NCBI RefSeq assembly: GCF_001194135.2
Contig: NC_069000.1
Coordinates: 32,461,970-32,499,137 of the forward strand
Length of the DNA: 37,168 nt
DNA from: Octopus bimaculoides
Lineage: Eukaryota
Direction: 5' to 3'
Program-made: the position numbers and the translations under genes
Part shown: positions 35,854 to 37,168 of the stretch, piece by piece
Numbering within the stretch: the first letter of the stretch is position 1
Layout: every line of letters begins with the position of its first letter
Notes under the pieces: model-generated
What the model was told of the DNA's origin: nothing
Databases searched by the model: none
The model's input: only the letters and a program-made list of their open reading frames with translations

Positions 35854-36154
35854 AGAGATTACATAACTGACATATTACATAACTGACTTCAAAATTTGTG
35901 TATTCATAACTTAATGGAAATTCCTAAACACAAGATCGTGTGTAAGACAGCTCGGTATTTTCTGTAAATGCACAAAAACTATTTTATGGGCTACATACAT
36001 TGTATTGTTATTACTGGATTAGCGAAACAATTATGAGAACGGGACCAAGGGGTAAGCCTCGCTTTCCCGCGAGTTAACCGGGTACGTCAGCTAGCATATA
36101 TATATATATATATGTAACAAACGATAGAGACGGAAAAATGGAATACACGGGAAA

Positions 36155-36273
36155 ACTTTATTGCTGACAATGATCGTTTCGACACATCCTGCATCGATCC
36201 CACGCGGGTGGAAAACTATGCAACTAGTTGTGGTGCATACTTCGGTGCAGAAGCGTCTCTTCAAGTGATGTAA
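36155..36273 (-). ncRNA. Hammerhead-like motif with long structured stem II, followed by AATAAA and (TA)n
   Basis: Minus strand: ATCAC-TTGAAGA-GACGCTTCTGCA...TGCAGGA(T)GTGTC-GAAAC-GATCATT-GTC-AGCAATAAA. Stem II has 12 pairs (2 G.U), stem III 4 pairs, and the triplet is GUC (36168-36166). C3 is absent or replaced by U, and stem I has mismatches. Confidence 0.5.
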
Positions 36274-36475
36274 GAAGAGATATCTTGTGAAATGTACTCT
36301 GCTTCGCTCGGATTTAATACAGCATGTTGTAATTGTCTGTACGTTAAAGCATGGGTGAGACTGTTGCAAAATTATAGCTACAGACAGGGAGAAATTAAGA
36401 AAAATACTAAAAGCAATAAGAACGATGGGAATAAAACATACATATCATTAGGTGTGTCAGTACCTAATTACGCCC

Positions 36476-36506
<31 letters not shown>

Positions 36507-36539
36507 GTAAATTTAGTTATGTTGAATATGAAAAAAGAG

Positions 36540-36705
36540 AGAAGTTAGCATATCAAGCTAAATGCTTAGCAGCATTTCACGCGGTTTTACACTCTCAGTA
36601 CAAATTTTACTGAAGTCGATTTTGGCTTTCATCCTTTCGACGTCGTGGAGTAGATTTAATCTACCACCACCAAAATAAAAATCAGCCCTCGTGCCTATAG
36701 AAGCA
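36540..36705 (+). mobile_element. SINE family B, degenerate with internal deletion
   Basis: GTTAGCATATCAAGCTAAATGCTTAGCAGCATTTC...GTCGATTTTGGCTTTCATCCTTTCG...GCCCTCGTGCCTATAG. Confidence 0.7.
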
Positions 36706-37135
36706 AAATATGAATAAAGATAGAATGATGACAGGTCAAATGCATTCAATGTTACGTCTAATGGATAAAAGACAATATCGAACAGCTAACACAAATGAAT
36801 GATCCCATATTACTCGCAATCTCTCCACCTTCGAATCGTTTTATACTCCACCTCTTTAGTACCGCATCCTCTTGATCAACCATCAGGTTTTCTTCTTTAC
36901 GTTTCTCCACCTTCTACCCCGTTCTTTCTCCTCCTCCTCCTCCTCCTCCTCGTACTACATTTACTCCTTATTTTTAATCTAGCTTGACGTAATTGATGCA
37001 ATTAAATTGACAAATAGTTGAAGAAAAAAAAGAGAGTTTTTTCTTATTTTTCTCATTAACACGAACACACTTGGAGAATAAATAGTATATAGATATCATA
37101 CACTCTCTCTGTTTGTCTCTCACTCTCTCTCTCTA

Positions 37136-37168
<33 letters not shown>

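Overview
This is AT-rich, repeat-dominated eukaryotic genomic DNA. It contains ten N gaps (about 4.7 kb in total), most of them bounded by (TA)n or (CA)n. The SINE families and the extreme microsatellite density point to an octopus genome; that is my recognition, not a database result. I can support no intact host gene, tRNA, rRNA or CRISPR array, and almost all ORFs in the track are microsatellite or N-gap artefacts. Decayed mobile DNA is what is really present: (i) two R4/Dong-type RLE LINE fragments (RT at 1-337, minus; CCHC/RLE region at 4650-5273, plus); (ii) a 5'-truncated Penelope-like element (PLE, 8872-10463) with RT thumb, GIY-YIG endonuclease, an unusual ~415-bp N/D/S/T-coding insert between its VVY and YIG motifs, and a degenerate type I hammerhead ribozyme just before a (TA)n tract; (iii) a Tc1/mariner 5' end; (iv) many copies of two tRNA-derived SINE families plus a third interspersed repeat; (v) a hairpin-rich unique island with a C2H2 zinc finger remnant. 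The best lead is a set of sequence-divergent hammerhead-like motifs (about 2.6, 10.4, 14.5, 31.7 and 36.2 kb). Each lies about 25-100 nt upstream, in its own sense, of a TA/CA microsatellite, and two sit inside the internal microsatellite position of a SINE. This suggests several ribozyme-bearing PLE-type (possibly non-autonomous) families that insert into microsatellites. All copies here carry core or stem defects, so activity is unproven and the idea needs genome-wide consensus building.
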